Source: Candidatus Aldehydirespiratoraceae bacterium (GTDB taxonomy: Bacteria; Actinomycetota; Acidimicrobiia; Acidimicrobiales; Aldehydirespiratoraceae). From it: a stretch of DNA of 64,000 nucleotides. The DNA lies in assembly GCA_965221585.1 (NCBI GenBank), contig OZ244898.1, positions 1,017,420 to 1,081,419 of the forward strand, in the 5' to 3' direction. Of the stretch, positions 1 through 9,223 are shown piece after piece. Within the stretch, counting starts at the first letter, position 1, and the number at the start of each line of letters is the position of its first letter. Made by a program: the position numbers and the translations under genes. Under the pieces are notes generated by a model, which was not told the DNA's origin, searched no databases, and saw only the letters and a list, made by a program, of their open reading frames with translations.

Positions 1-224
1 CGGGCATCTACGACCTTTCGATTCACCACGACCAGATCCTTCAGCCGGTGGTCATGCGCGAATGGGGAGTCGCTGACCTCGAGGGGCTCAGCGCCGAGGC
101 CGAGCAGGCGCGTGAGCGGTTGATTCGCTATATCGGCCGAGTCGCCAAGGTCGGTCGTCGCGTTGCTTCCCGCCGCGAGGAGCGCTTGGCCGCTGATTCA
201 GAGCGCCAACCGGTCGGGGTCTGA
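1..224 (+). CDS. 3' end of an unidentified CDS entering from upstream (partial)
   Basis: Open frame from nt 3 reads GIYDLSIHHDQILQPVVMREWGVADLEGL... to TGA at 222-224. No family recognised. Confidence 0.35.
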   Translation, partial: GIYDLSIHHDQILQPVVMREWGVADLEGLSAEAEQARERLIRYIGRVAKVGRRVASRREERLAADSERQPVGV

Positions 225-282
225 TCGCCCTGCCGAGCGGTTGTCTCGGTGAGTGGAGCGAGTCGATCGGCCGTAGGTTGCA

Positions 283-615
283 GTGATGGCTTGGCTCGTG
301 GTTGAGGATCGCAAGGTCGCTTCGGTCGAGGTGGCAGGCACTCGCCGTGCTCGGCGGAGGGGCTTGTTGGGTCGAAAGGGAATCGAGGGTGCAATGTTGT
401 TCCCTGGATCACGGTCGGTTCACACGGTCGGGATGCAGTTCGCGATCGACGTTGCGCATCTTGATTCCGAGATGCGTGTGTTGAGGGTTGTGACGATGAA
501 ACCCGGCCGGATCGGTCGCTTCTCGAGGCGGGCTCGCCATGTGCTCGAAGCGGAGGCAGGGTCGTTGCAGCAGTTCGGGGTCAACCCCGGAGTGCGGATC
601 GAGGTCAGCCCTTGA
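283..615 (+). CDS. DUF192 domain protein
   Basis: 110 aa. SVHTVGMQFAIDVAHLD ... HVLEAEAGSL ... GVRIEV matches the DUF192 pattern. Its stop overlaps the rsmI TTG start (TTGA). Confidence 0.6.
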   Translation: MMAWLVVEDRKVASVEVAGTRRARRRGLLGRKGIEGAMLFPGSRSVHTVGMQFAIDVAHLDSEMRVLRVVTMKPGRIGRFSRRARHVLEAEAGSLQQFGVNPGVRIEVSP

Positions 616-1436
616 AGCCGGCGTTGGTGATCGTGGCGACGCCGATCGGCAACATGGGCGACCTGTCGCCGCGTGCTTCTGAGGAGCTGGCTGCGGCGGC
701 ACTGGTGTGCTGCGAAGATACGCGCCGAACAGGACGCCTGCTGAGCCATGCCGGGGTGCGGGCGAGGGCCTTGAAGCGGGTCGACGCTCACACCGAGGCA
801 GCGGCTTCGGCTGAGGTAGTGGAGTTGATCGCCGTGGGGGAGAGGGTCGTGCTGGTGTCCGACTCTGGAACTCCGGGGGTCAGCGACCCAGGTCGGCGTC
901 TGGTGGCAGCGGTGGTGGAGGCGGGTCACGAGGTGGTGGTCGTTCCAGGGCCGACCGCGGCGATCGCGGCGCTGGTGGGAAGTGGCTTTGCGACTGACCG
1001 GTATTGCTTCGAGGGTTTCCTGCCGCGGCGCGGCAGTGCGCGCACGGACCGTTTGCGGCAGGTCGCCGCCGAGCGGCGCACCTGTGTGCTCTATGAGTCT
1101 CCCAAGCGTGTTGCCGCGACTTTGTTGGATCTGGCTCTGGTCTGTGGGGGTGAGCGAAGAGCAGTGGTGGCACGGGAGCTGACGAAGCTGCACGAGGAGT
1201 TTGTACGCGGCTCGCTCGATGAGTTGGTCGAATGGTCTGCCGTCGAGCCAAAGGGCGAGATTGTGCTTGTGCTCGAGGGAGCAGGGGAGCCTCCCGAACT
1301 GGACGACGAGGCGATTGTTGCCGCTCTCGATCAGGCTCGGGCACTGGGTTTGAGTTCCAGGGATGCAGCGTCGCAGGTGGCGGCTGATCTCGGTGTTTCG
1401 AAGCGCAGGGCCTACGATTTGGCGCACCGCGGCTGA
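612..1436 (+). CDS. rsmI: 16S rRNA (cytidine1402-2'-O)-methyltransferase
   Basis: N-terminus VIVATPIGNMGDLSPRA, CCEDTRRTGRLL, a tetrapyrrole-methylase fold pattern and a C-terminal helix-turn-helix-like tail. Confidence 0.9.
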   Translation: MKPALVIVATPIGNMGDLSPRASEELAAAALVCCEDTRRTGRLLSHAGVRARALKRVDAHTEAAASAEVVELIAVGERVVLVSDSGTPGVSDPGRRLVAAVVEAGHEVVVVPGPTAAIAALVGSGFATDRYCFEGFLPRRGSARTDRLRQVAAERRTCVLYESPKRVAATLLDLALVCGGERRAVVARELTKLHEEFVRGSLDELVEWSAVEPKGEIVLVLEGAGEPPELDDEAIVAALDQARALGLSSRDAASQVAADLGVSKRRAYDLAHRG

Positions 1437-1521
1437 CAGCTCACTGCGACCGGCAGCTCGAAAGGGCCTGCTTGTTGAGGGTATCCCCGTGACTGTCACA
1501 CCCCCTTCCTAATCTTGTGGC

Positions 1522-2733
1522 ATGGATTCAATAGCTGTCATTTCCCTGCTTGCTGTCGTTGTCTCTACCGGTCTCGGGGCGCTGCTTCTGCGTGCTCAGC
1601 GCGACCTGCGGCGCCATCGGGAGTCTGAGAGCAGTCAACAGGCCACGGCATCGACGATCGAGTCGGCGCAGCAGCAACTCAGTCAGCAGCTCAGGTACTT
1701 GGTCGAGTCGCTGCAAGCCAAGGTTGATGCTGGCGATCAGGTGGTGCTGGAGCGCCTCGGGGGACTGACCACGACCGTCGATGCCAAGGTCGGCGGGATG
1801 TCGAAGAACCTGTCTCAACAGGTCGACGCGATGGGTGCTGAGCTTGGACAGGTCCGCAAGCTGGTAGCCGAACTCCAAAATGACCGGGCTCAGCAGCACG
1901 GCGAGTTGAAATCGAGTCTTGAAGCCGCAATCGACGGGCAACGGGTCTTGAACGAGACCACGGGTCACCTTCGTGAGGCGCTGGCCAATCCGCAGGCTCG
2001 CGGTCAGTGGGGGGAACGGATGGCGGAAGATGTGCTGCGAGCCGCGGGGATGGTCGAGAACTTCTCCTACCGCAAGCAGACCGCGCTCGAGGGCGGTACC
2101 AGACCCGACTTCACGTTCATGCTTCCCCACGACCGTGTTCTGCACATGGATGTGAAGTTCCCGGCCGCGAACTACCTCAAGTTTCTCGAAGCAGAGTCGG
2201 ACTCAGAAGCTGGGAAGTTGAAGGCACTCTTCTTGAGGGATGTCCGCGAGCGAATCAAGGAACTGAGCGGCCGCGGTTACGCGGCGGAGGATTCCACCGT
2301 CGGGTATCTGCTTCTGTTCATCCCCAACGAGACTATTTTCGGGTTTATCAATGAGCACGACATGGCACTGCTCGACGATGCCATGGATCAGAGTGTCGTG
2401 TTGTGCTCGCCGAGTACGTTGTTCGCGGTGCTCAGGGTGATCCGCCAGGCGATGGACACCTACGCGCTGGAACGTGCGACCGATGAGATTCTTGACTGCC
2501 TGACCTCCTTCGGCAAGCAATGGCAGGAGTTCTCTGGTCAGGTCGACACAGTCGACAAGCATCTTGGAACGCTCAACAACAGCTTTGCGAAACTCTCGGG
2601 TCCAAGGCGTCGGCAGATGGAGCGTCAGCTCGACAAGATCGACGATATTCGGTCACGCGTCGGAGCATCTGAGGACGGGCCTGTGCTTGCGGCGCCCTCC
2701 GCTCCGCCGCTGCGGGAGGTGGAGGCCGGCTAG
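1522..2733 (+). CDS. rmuC: DNA recombination protein RmuC
   Basis: N-terminal TM segment, long coiled-coil region, then a nuclease-like core RPDFTFMLPHDRVLHMDVKFP. Confidence 0.88.
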   Translation: MDSIAVISLLAVVVSTGLGALLLRAQRDLRRHRESESSQQATASTIESAQQQLSQQLRYLVESLQAKVDAGDQVVLERLGGLTTTVDAKVGGMSKNLSQQVDAMGAELGQVRKLVAELQNDRAQQHGELKSSLEAAIDGQRVLNETTGHLREALANPQARGQWGERMAEDVLRAAGMVENFSYRKQTALEGGTRPDFTFMLPHDRVLHMDVKFPAANYLKFLEAESDSEAGKLKALFLRDVRERIKELSGRGYAAEDSTVGYLLLFIPNETIFGFINEHDMALLDDAMDQSVVLCSPSTLFAVLRVIRQAMDTYALERATDEILDCLTSFGKQWQEFSGQVDTVDKHLGTLNNSFAKLSGPRRRQMERQLDKIDDIRSRVGASEDGPVLAAPSAPPLREVEAG

Positions 2734-2788
2734 CGCGCTGTGCTGAATTGACCCTTGTGAGACCGGATGCTCCGGTAACCTCAGGCTG

Positions 2789-4417
2789 ATGTCTGTTCCA
2801 GTTCTGGTTGCCGTTGCCTGGCCGTATGCCTCGGGTTCGCGTCACCTGGGGCACCTTTCCGGGGCCTATCTGCCGGCCGACGTGTTCGCCCGCCACCAGC
2901 GGATTGTGGGCAACGAAGTGTTGATGGTCAGCGGCTCCGACGTCCACGGCACGCCGATCACGGTTCGAGCCGAGAGCGAGGGGGTGACGCCCAGCGTGAT
3001 CGTCGATCGCTACCACTCCGAGTTCGTGCGTCAATGGGACGAACTGGGATTCTCCTGGGACCTGTTCACGACGACCGGCACCGAGAACCATGCCCGAGTC
3101 ACCCAGGAGATGTTCCTGGCGCAACTGCACAACGGCCACATCGATCGCAGAGTCTCCGAACAGTACTACGACCCCGAGGCCGACCGATTCCTGCCGGACC
3201 GCTATATCGAAGGCACGTGTCCGCACTGCGGATATCCCGAGGCCCGTGGCGACCAGTGCGACAACTGCGGGCAAACGCTCGACGCACTGGACCTCGGCAA
3301 CCCCCGTTCGAAGATCAGCGGTGCGACTCCACAGCGACGGGAGACCGAGCACTTCTATTTCCGATACTCCGACTTCACAGAGCGGCTCGCTGAGATCTAC
3401 AAGGACAAGTCGTACTGGCGCCCGCATGTTCTCAACTTTGTGCGCGGCTACCTCAAAGAGGGACTGCTCGATAGGGCCATCACCCGCGATATCGAGTGGG
3501 GCATCGAACTGCCTGTCGACGACCTCGGCCCGGGCAAGCGCATCTACGTGTGGTACGACGCGGTGATCGGCTATCTGTCGGCCTCCAAAGAATGGGCCGA
3601 TCGACAAGGAGACGAAGAAGCCTGGCGCCGCTGGTGGGAGAACGACGAGAGCCGGCACGTCTATTTCATCGGCAAGGACAACATCCCGTTCCACTGCCTG
3701 TTCTGGCCCGCTCAGCTGATGGGCGCCGGAAACCTCCATCTGCCCGACGATGTACCCGCCAACCAGTACGTCACCTTCAAGGGCGGGAAGGCGTCCGCGA
3801 GCCGCGGTGTCGGTCTGACGATCGATGAAGGCCTGGAACTGTTCGAACCCGACGGGCTGCGTTACGCCCTGGCTGCCAATTTCCCCGAGCAGGCCGACAC
3901 CGAGGTGTCGATCGAGTCGATCGCCCGTCGGATCAACGAGGAGTTGGTTGCCACCTGGGGGAACCTCGTCAACCGGGTGCTGTCGATGCTGCACAACAAC
4001 CACGGTGCTCAGCCCGCGTCAGACGATCGCACTGCGGAGGACCAGGCACTGCTGGTTGCCGTCGATGAGGTTCTCGCGGCCTGCGGTCAGGAATTCGAAC
4101 GAGTCGAACTGCGTGCCGCACTGCGCTTGGCGATGAGCGGCGCGCAGGCGATCAATACCTACCTCAACGCGACCGAGCCGTGGAAGCTTGCCAAGACCGA
4201 CTCCGCAAGAAGCGCCACCGTGCTGGCCACCGCTCTCGATGCGATCAACGGGATCCGTGTCGGGCTGGCTCCATTCCTGCCGTTCTCGTCTGCCCGGTTG
4301 GACGAGATTCTGGGACCACTCGATGGTTGGGTCCGCAAACCGGTGCCGCCGGGTACCGAAATACCCAAACCGACCCCACTCTTCGCGAAGGTGGACATCG
4401 ACGCGATTGCGGGTTGA
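2789..4417 (+). CDS. metG: methionine--tRNA ligase
   Basis: WPYASGSRHLGHL (HIGH region), zinc knuckle CPHCGYPEARGDQCDNCG, FKGGKASASRG (KMSKS-like). Confidence 0.95.
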   Translation: MSVPVLVAVAWPYASGSRHLGHLSGAYLPADVFARHQRIVGNEVLMVSGSDVHGTPITVRAESEGVTPSVIVDRYHSEFVRQWDELGFSWDLFTTTGTENHARVTQEMFLAQLHNGHIDRRVSEQYYDPEADRFLPDRYIEGTCPHCGYPEARGDQCDNCGQTLDALDLGNPRSKISGATPQRRETEHFYFRYSDFTERLAEIYKDKSYWRPHVLNFVRGYLKEGLLDRAITRDIEWGIELPVDDLGPGKRIYVWYDAVIGYLSASKEWADRQGDEEAWRRWWENDESRHVYFIGKDNIPFHCLFWPAQLMGAGNLHLPDDVPANQYVTFKGGKASASRGVGLTIDEGLELFEPDGLRYALAANFPEQADTEVSIESIARRINEELVATWGNLVNRVLSMLHNNHGAQPASDDRTAEDQALLVAVDEVLAACGQEFERVELRAALRLAMSGAQAINTYLNATEPWKLAKTDSARSATVLATALDAINGIRVGLAPFLPFSSARLDEILGPLDGWVRKPVPPGTEIPKPTPLFAKVDIDAIAG

Positions 4418-4422
4418 GCCGC

Positions 4423-5175
4423 ATGGCCTGGATAGACCAGCACTGCCATCTCCCCTCCGGAGTCGAGGGTCGCCGGCTTGCAGACGAAGCCCACCAGGCA
4501 GGGGTTGAGCGTCTGATCACCGTCGGCACCGGAGTTGATCAGTCGTTGGAGATGATCGCTCTGGCCCGCGGAATCGACGGCGTGTGGGCTACCGCCGGAG
4601 TCCATCCTCACGACGCCAGGACAGGAATCGACGGGCTCGAAGATCTGTTGTCGTCGCCTGAAGTCGTAGCCGTTGGGGAGTGCGGGCTCGACTTTCACTA
4701 CGACCATTCACCGCGTGACGCTCAAGTCGACATGTTCGCCCGGCAGATCGAGCTGGCACACCGGCACGATCTTCCCTTGATGATCCACAGCCGCAGCGCT
4801 TGGCCCGAGACCTTCGAGGTCCTTGATCGAGAAGGCGTCCCTGATCGGTTGGTGTTCCACTGTTTCACGGGTGGCACAGCCGAACTCGAACAGTGCCTCG
4901 CCAGAGGCGGGTTGGTTTCCTTCTCCGGCATCGTCACCTTCTCCCGCGCGGACGAGTTGCGCGAAGCGGCCCTGATGTGTCCCCTCGAGCGATTGCTCGT
5001 CGAGACTGACAGCCCCTACCTGGCACCGGTTCCACATCGCGGGAAACCCAACAGGCCGGCGCTGCTGCCCTTGGTCGGAGCGGCAATAGCCGACATAAAG
5101 GGGCTTGAGGTCGAGGAAGTCGAGACGATGGTGTGGAAAACCTCGTCGTCGTTCTACCGGCTCGACACCGCCTGA
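4423..5175 (+). CDS. tatD: TatD-family metal-dependent hydrolase
   Basis: ATG at 4423 gives MAWIDQHCHL (HxH metal motif). GECGLDFHY and VETDSPYL are present. The upstream part of track ORF 4180..5175 overlaps metG and is not coding. Confidence 0.9.
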   Translation: MAWIDQHCHLPSGVEGRRLADEAHQAGVERLITVGTGVDQSLEMIALARGIDGVWATAGVHPHDARTGIDGLEDLLSSPEVVAVGECGLDFHYDHSPRDAQVDMFARQIELAHRHDLPLMIHSRSAWPETFEVLDREGVPDRLVFHCFTGGTAELEQCLARGGLVSFSGIVTFSRADELREAALMCPLERLLVETDSPYLAPVPHRGKPNRPALLPLVGAAIADIKGLEVEEVETMVWKTSSSFYRLDTA

Positions 5176-6037
5176 TCCCCACTGGACACCAGGGCATCAC
5201 AGCTCGGCGGGGTTTTGCGCAGGTGCAAGAGGGCGCATTACAGTTGAACGCCTTACCAGGTTAATCACCGTAGAGACGGCACAGCCAGAGGGAAGGATCG
5301 CTGTTCTGGACGCCATCGGAAACGGACGACGCAAGCTCATCAGCGCCTCGGTAGCGGTTTCGATCTTGCTGGGTCTGTACTTTTCCACAACCGCAACGTC
5401 AGCTGTTGAACAGCCTGTGGAGAGTCACTTGGTCCCGCTTGCGTCGGTTGACCTCCAGGCGTTCTCTGATCGCGCCGCGGCTTGGACTGAGGCGCATCAG
5501 CAACACCGTGACGACACCCGCACCCGGGCACTGTCGCTGGCCGCCCAAGCCCGCGCGGCCGACCAAGCCTCAGCGGACACGACGGCAGCGCAGGTTTCGG
5601 AAACAGCTGCGCTGCCGACCGCGGCGCCCACGACTGCCTCCCCCTCCACCACCGCGGCCCCAGCTACGACCGCGCCCGCCACGACGGTCGCAAGCGATGG
5701 CGAGACCGGTACCGACACGACCACCACAGTCGACCCGACTACGACGGTTGCCGCCACGGTTCCGACAGAGGAGCAGTGGGAGGCACTGCGCCAGTGTGAG
5801 TCCTCTGGGAACTACCGCGCCATCAGCATCGCCCCGGCCGGCCGGTACCGCGGGGCCTATCAGTTCTCCCGCTCGACGTGGGACTGGGTGGCACCCCAGA
5901 TCGGAGCTGACTACCTCGTCGGGGTAGATCCGGCCGAGGCGTCACCGGAGGACCAGGACCGGATGGCGAAGGCGCTGTGGAATATCAACGGTTGGGCGCC
6001 GTGGCCCGCCTGTTCAAGGATGCTCGGGTACCTCTAG
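5105..6037 (+). CDS. resuscitation-promoting-factor-like transglycosylase, membrane anchored
   Basis: C-terminal ALRQCESSGNYRAIS...YRGAYQFSRSTWDW...GWAPWPAC (Rpf-type lysozyme-like domain). TM segment ISASVAVSILLGLYF and an Ala/Thr/Pro linker. Start uncertain: the only canonical in-frame start is ATG 5105, inside tatD. Confidence 0.75.
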   Translation: MRSRKSRRWCGKPRRRSTGSTPPDPHWTPGHHSSAGFCAGARGRITVERLTRLITVETAQPEGRIAVLDAIGNGRRKLISASVAVSILLGLYFSTTATSAVEQPVESHLVPLASVDLQAFSDRAAAWTEAHQQHRDDTRTRALSLAAQARAADQASADTTAAQVSETAALPTAAPTTASPSTTAAPATTAPATTVASDGETGTDTTTTVDPTTTVAATVPTEEQWEALRQCESSGNYRAISIAPAGRYRGAYQFSRSTWDWVAPQIGADYLVGVDPAEASPEDQDRMAKALWNINGWAPWPACSRMLGYL

Positions 6038-6055
6038 GGTGCGCCGCGAACAACA

Positions 6056-6889
6056 GTGACGCACTCACCTCAGGAGCTTCGCGCGATCCTGGACTCCCAT
6101 GGTCTGGAGCCGCGCCGGGGACTGGGTCAGAACTTCGTGGTCGATCCCAACACTGTGCGTCGAATCGCCAAGCTGTCTGGAGCGGGCCCCGGCCAAGCGA
6201 TCGTCGAGATCGGCGCCGGTCTGGGATCGCTCACCCTGGCATTGGCCGAAACCGGCGCAGAGGTCACTGCCGTAGAGGTTGACAGCGGTCTGGCCCGCGC
6301 CCTTCGAGACATCGTCGCAGACCACGACGTGAGGGTGATCGAGGGCGACGCGCGGGCCCTCGACTGGCCGGCACTGCTCGCGGGGCGCGAAGACTGGCGA
6401 CTCGTCGCCAACCTGCCCTACAACATTGCCGCATCGCTGGTCGTCGACCTGTTGAGCAACGTGGCGGCACTGAGATCAATGTTGGTCATGGTGCAACGCG
6501 AGGTGGGGGAGCGCCTGGCGGCGAAACCGGGCGACAAGGCGGTGGGCATCCCGTCGCTGCTCGTCGCCTATCACGGCGCCGCCAGACTGGTCGGCCGTGT
6601 CCCGGCGACCGTGTTCTACCCGAAACCCAAGGTCGAGTCGGTGCTCGTGCAGATTGATCGGCATCCCGCTCCGCCGGTCGACCAGCCTCTGGAATCGATC
6701 GACACTCTGCTGCGCGCCGGATTCGGCCAGCGTCGCAAGATGCTGAGACGGTCGCTGGGGGCCTTTGTCGGTCCGGCAGGCTTCGAGGCTGCGGGCATCG
6801 ACAGCCGAGCGCGGCCCGAGACGCTGTCGCTGCACGATTGGTCCCGACTGGCCGCAGTAGCCGACCTCGGCCCAGCGGCGACGAACTAG
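6056..6889 (+). CDS. rsmA: 16S rRNA (adenine1518/1519-N6)-dimethyltransferase
   Basis: LGQNFVVD, EIGAGLGSLT (SAM site), NLPYNI. GTG start. Confidence 0.93.
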   Translation: MTHSPQELRAILDSHGLEPRRGLGQNFVVDPNTVRRIAKLSGAGPGQAIVEIGAGLGSLTLALAETGAEVTAVEVDSGLARALRDIVADHDVRVIEGDARALDWPALLAGREDWRLVANLPYNIAASLVVDLLSNVAALRSMLVMVQREVGERLAAKPGDKAVGIPSLLVAYHGAARLVGRVPATVFYPKPKVESVLVQIDRHPAPPVDQPLESIDTLLRAGFGQRRKMLRRSLGAFVGPAGFEAAGIDSRARPETLSLHDWSRLAAVADLGPAATN

Positions 6890-6894
6890 CCGGT

Positions 6895-8049
6895 TCAGTC
6901 CGAGGCTTCGAGGCGCTCCTTGATGCCTTCCAGCACCCGCGTCATGTTGGCCCGGTGCTCGTTGAGTCGGCCGACGATCAAGCGATGCTCCTTGTCGGGG
7001 TTCTGCTCGATGAACGCGTCGAGTCCGGACCGGCCGGGCCCCAGCAACAGCCGGAACGCCAGACGGGTGCCGCCGCCGATGAGGTCCTGCAATTCGAAGC
7101 GCCAGCGCGCACCGGGATTGTCGGGGTCGGAGGTGCACCAGCCGAAGGCTTTCGGCTCGTCGCAGACATCGACGAAGCATCGAACCTCCCAGTCGCCGAG
7201 CACTTCGAGGTGGTTCCTCCCGACGAATGACGCCCCCAGCGCCGGAGAGTCATGGCCGTCCTCCCAGGCAGCCGAGATGAACTCGGTGGAGAAGTCAGCG
7301 GGAAGGTTGATGTCGGTCACCGCATCCCAGACCTTGTTGATCGGAGCCGCAATGTCGGTCTCCACCATGACGCCCGGGTCGTCAGCCATCCTCACCGGAG
7401 TGCCGGGACCCGAGTCAAAGGTGTGTCCGTAGTGGTCGAAGAAAGTGATCTGGCGTGCAGGGGTCCGGGGAACAGAGCGAAAATCGGTGCCCTTGGTCCA
7501 GGCGACCGGCAGCATGGCGATCTCGGTGATCTCGGATGGAATGCCCAGCAGTTCCTTGAGCTCTGGAGCCTTACCGAGGACTGCGGTGGTCCAGGCGCTG
7601 CCCAGTCCGCGGGCCCGCAGCGCCACGCAGAAGCTCCAGGCGCTCTGGATCACCGAATCGAACAGACCAGGAGAGCCGCTGCCGTCGTGGCGACCCACGA
7701 TGGTCGGTATGACGATCACCGGCACCTCCGCCAGGTGTTCGGCCAGATGAGCCGCCGAACGCATCGTCCGGGCACGTGGATCGCCGGTTCCCTCAAGGCG
7801 ATTGCGCGCAGCAATCATGAAATCGCCGGCGGCCTCTCTGTACAGCCTGGCCAGCTCCGACTTCATTCTCGGGTCGCGCACCACTATCCAGCGTCGGCTG
7901 CTTTGGTTGCCACCGGTCGGGGCCTGTTCGGCGATGTCGATGCAATCAAGGATGATCTGCTCGTCCACGGGCCGTTCCAGGTCAAGCCGTAGCCGCACTG
8001 ATCGGGTGGTGGTGAGCGCCGAGTCGACCGCGGCTGTGTCAATCTGCAT
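6895..8049 (-). CDS. nitroreductase-family domain fused to a C-terminal SRPBCC (START/polyketide-cyclase-like) domain
   Basis: ATG at 8049 (MQIDTAAVDS). N-terminal half RRWIVVRDP...GLGSAWTT is nitroreductase-like. C-terminal ~150 aa (VETDIAAPINKVWDAVTDI...) is SRPBCC-like. The track ORF extension to 8439 overlaps ispE. Confidence 0.7.
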   Translation of the reverse strand: MQIDTAAVDSALTTTRSVRLRLDLERPVDEQIILDCIDIAEQAPTGGNQSSRRWIVVRDPRMKSELARLYREAAGDFMIAARNRLEGTGDPRARTMRSAAHLAEHLAEVPVIVIPTIVGRHDGSGSPGLFDSVIQSAWSFCVALRARGLGSAWTTAVLGKAPELKELLGIPSEITEIAMLPVAWTKGTDFRSVPRTPARQITFFDHYGHTFDSGPGTPVRMADDPGVMVETDIAAPINKVWDAVTDINLPADFSTEFISAAWEDGHDSPALGASFVGRNHLEVLGDWEVRCFVDVCDEPKAFGWCTSDPDNPGARWRFELQDLIGGGTRLAFRLLLGPGRSGLDAFIEQNPDKEHRLIVGRLNEHRANMTRVLEGIKERLEASD

Positions 8050-8115
8050 GGCGCGCAGCCTAGCTGCGGACCCGTTCGCTCCCCGCAAGTCCGGCTGGTG
8101 CTTTAGCCTGTCGGC

Positions 8116-8838
8116 GTGGTTGTGATCCATGCGCCTGCAAAGCTGACAGTGTCGCTGCGCATCACCGGGGTGCGTGAGGACGGGTACCACCTGATCGACG
8201 CCGAGATGGTGAGCCTCGACCTGTATGACGTGGTCGAAGTCTCCGACGGCGACTCCCTCGAGGTCGTCGGGCCCGGCAGCGCTCGAGGTGTGGGTCCCGA
8301 AGACGACAACCTGGTCCGACGCGCCCTTGACTTGTGCGGCCGCACCGCACGGGTTCGACTTCACAAGAACATTCCCCCGGGAGCGGGACTCGGCGGCGGT
8401 TCTGCTGATGCCGCAGCGGTCCTGCGTTGGGCCTGCCATACCGATCTGAAGTCAGCTGCTGACATTGGTGCAGATGTCGCCTTCTGCCTGCGTGGGGGCC
8501 GGGCCCGAGTGACCGGCATCGGCGAAATAGTCGAACCTCTGCCCTTCGTTGAGCGCGCGGTCACTCTGCTGATCCCACCGGTGCACTGTTCAACCGCAGA
8601 GGTCTACGCAGCTTGGGATCGACTCGGCGGGCCGACCGGCGACAACGGCAACGATCTCGAACCGGCCGCGCTGGCCGTCGCTCCCGAATTGCGGCGTTGG
8701 CGCGACCGACTCGGCGACGCCTCAGGCCAGCGCCCACAGCTCGCCGGAAGTGGCAGTACCTGGTGGGTCGACGGCGAGCACCCCGGCGCCGGCCACCTGA
8801 TCGCCCACACCGTCCCCGCGATTAGCAGCACTCCCTAG
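8116..8838 (+). CDS. ispE: 4-diphosphocytidyl-2-C-methyl-D-erythritol kinase
   Basis: APAKLTVSLRITG, GHMP-kinase motif PPGAGLGGGSADAAAVL. GTG start. Confidence 0.9.
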   Translation: MVVIHAPAKLTVSLRITGVREDGYHLIDAEMVSLDLYDVVEVSDGDSLEVVGPGSARGVGPEDDNLVRRALDLCGRTARVRLHKNIPPGAGLGGGSADAAAVLRWACHTDLKSAADIGADVAFCLRGGRARVTGIGEIVEPLPFVERAVTLLIPPVHCSTAEVYAAWDRLGGPTGDNGNDLEPAALAVAPELRRWRDRLGDASGQRPQLAGSGSTWWVDGEHPGAGHLIAHTVPAISSTP

Positions 8839-8887
8839 AGGTTCAGGTCCTCTCCAAGGACCGAGCGGGTTGCCTGACAGTCCCGCG

Positions 8888-8980
8888 TTACTTGCGGCGT
8901 TGGTGGCGCGTTCGTCTCATCATCTTCTTGTGCTTCTTCTTCCGCATTCTCTTGCGACGCTTCTTGATGAGTGAACCCAC
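8888..8980 (-). CDS. ribosomal protein bS22 (actinobacterial 30-33 aa basic protein)
   Basis: The reverse strand reads GTG-GSLIKKRRKRMRKKKHKKMMRRTRHQRRK-TAA. This closely resembles mycobacterial bS22 (MGSVIKKRRKRM.KKKHRKLL..TR.QRR). It is below the ORF-track length cutoff. Confidence 0.75.
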   Translation of the reverse strand: MGSLIKKRRKRMRKKKHKKMMRRTRHQRRK

Positions 8981-9078
8981 GACCGCCGACGCTACCGGCA
9001 TGGAGCGAAAAACCTCATGAATATTCTGTGGTGGGGAGGATCGCGCGGACGGTACGGTTAGGCCGTCGCCCAGTGCGA

Positions 9079-9154
9079 TGGCCCGTAGTTCAACTGGCAG
9101 AACGTCGGACTTTGGCTCCGGATGTTGCAGGTTCGAGTCCTGCCGGGCCAGCCA
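9079..9154 (+). tRNA. tRNA-Gln (anticodon TTG), CCA encoded
   Basis: Acceptor TGGCCCG/CGGGCCA, D arm GTTC..GAAC, anticodon stem TCGGA/TCCGG with loop CTTTGGC, T arm GCAGG-TTCGAGT-CCTGC, discriminator G then CCA. Confidence 0.85.
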
Positions 9155-9200
9155 GTATCCCGGCTATGGCCAACGGGTACCTCTACACTGCCGATAACGG

Positions 9201-9223
9201 ACGCTGAATCACGCTGAATCACG
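9201..9223. repeat. 10-bp tandem repeat ACGCTGAATC x2 plus partial third copy
   Basis: Exact copies at 9201-9210 and 9211-9220, then ACG. It lies about 12 nt upstream of the prs ATG. Confidence 0.9.

Noticed and set aside
420-1499. Long antisense or off-frame ORFs, for example 420..1499(-), 2573..4003(-), 16001..17155(-), 28900..30054(-), 38842..39660(+), 39733..40929(+), 49480..50727(-), 56426..57343(-).
   Set aside because: Each one overlaps a gene with clear family motifs on the other strand or frame. Their translations are Arg/Pro/Gly/Ser-rich with no motifs, which is the usual shadow-ORF artefact of GC-rich DNA.
5176-5340. A cyclic-di-AMP (ydaO-type) riboswitch upstream of the rpf-like gene, as is known for some actinobacterial rpf genes.
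   Set aside because: I could not find the characteristic conserved ydaO segments or the pseudo-symmetric helices by eye. A covariance-model scan would be needed to exclude it formally.
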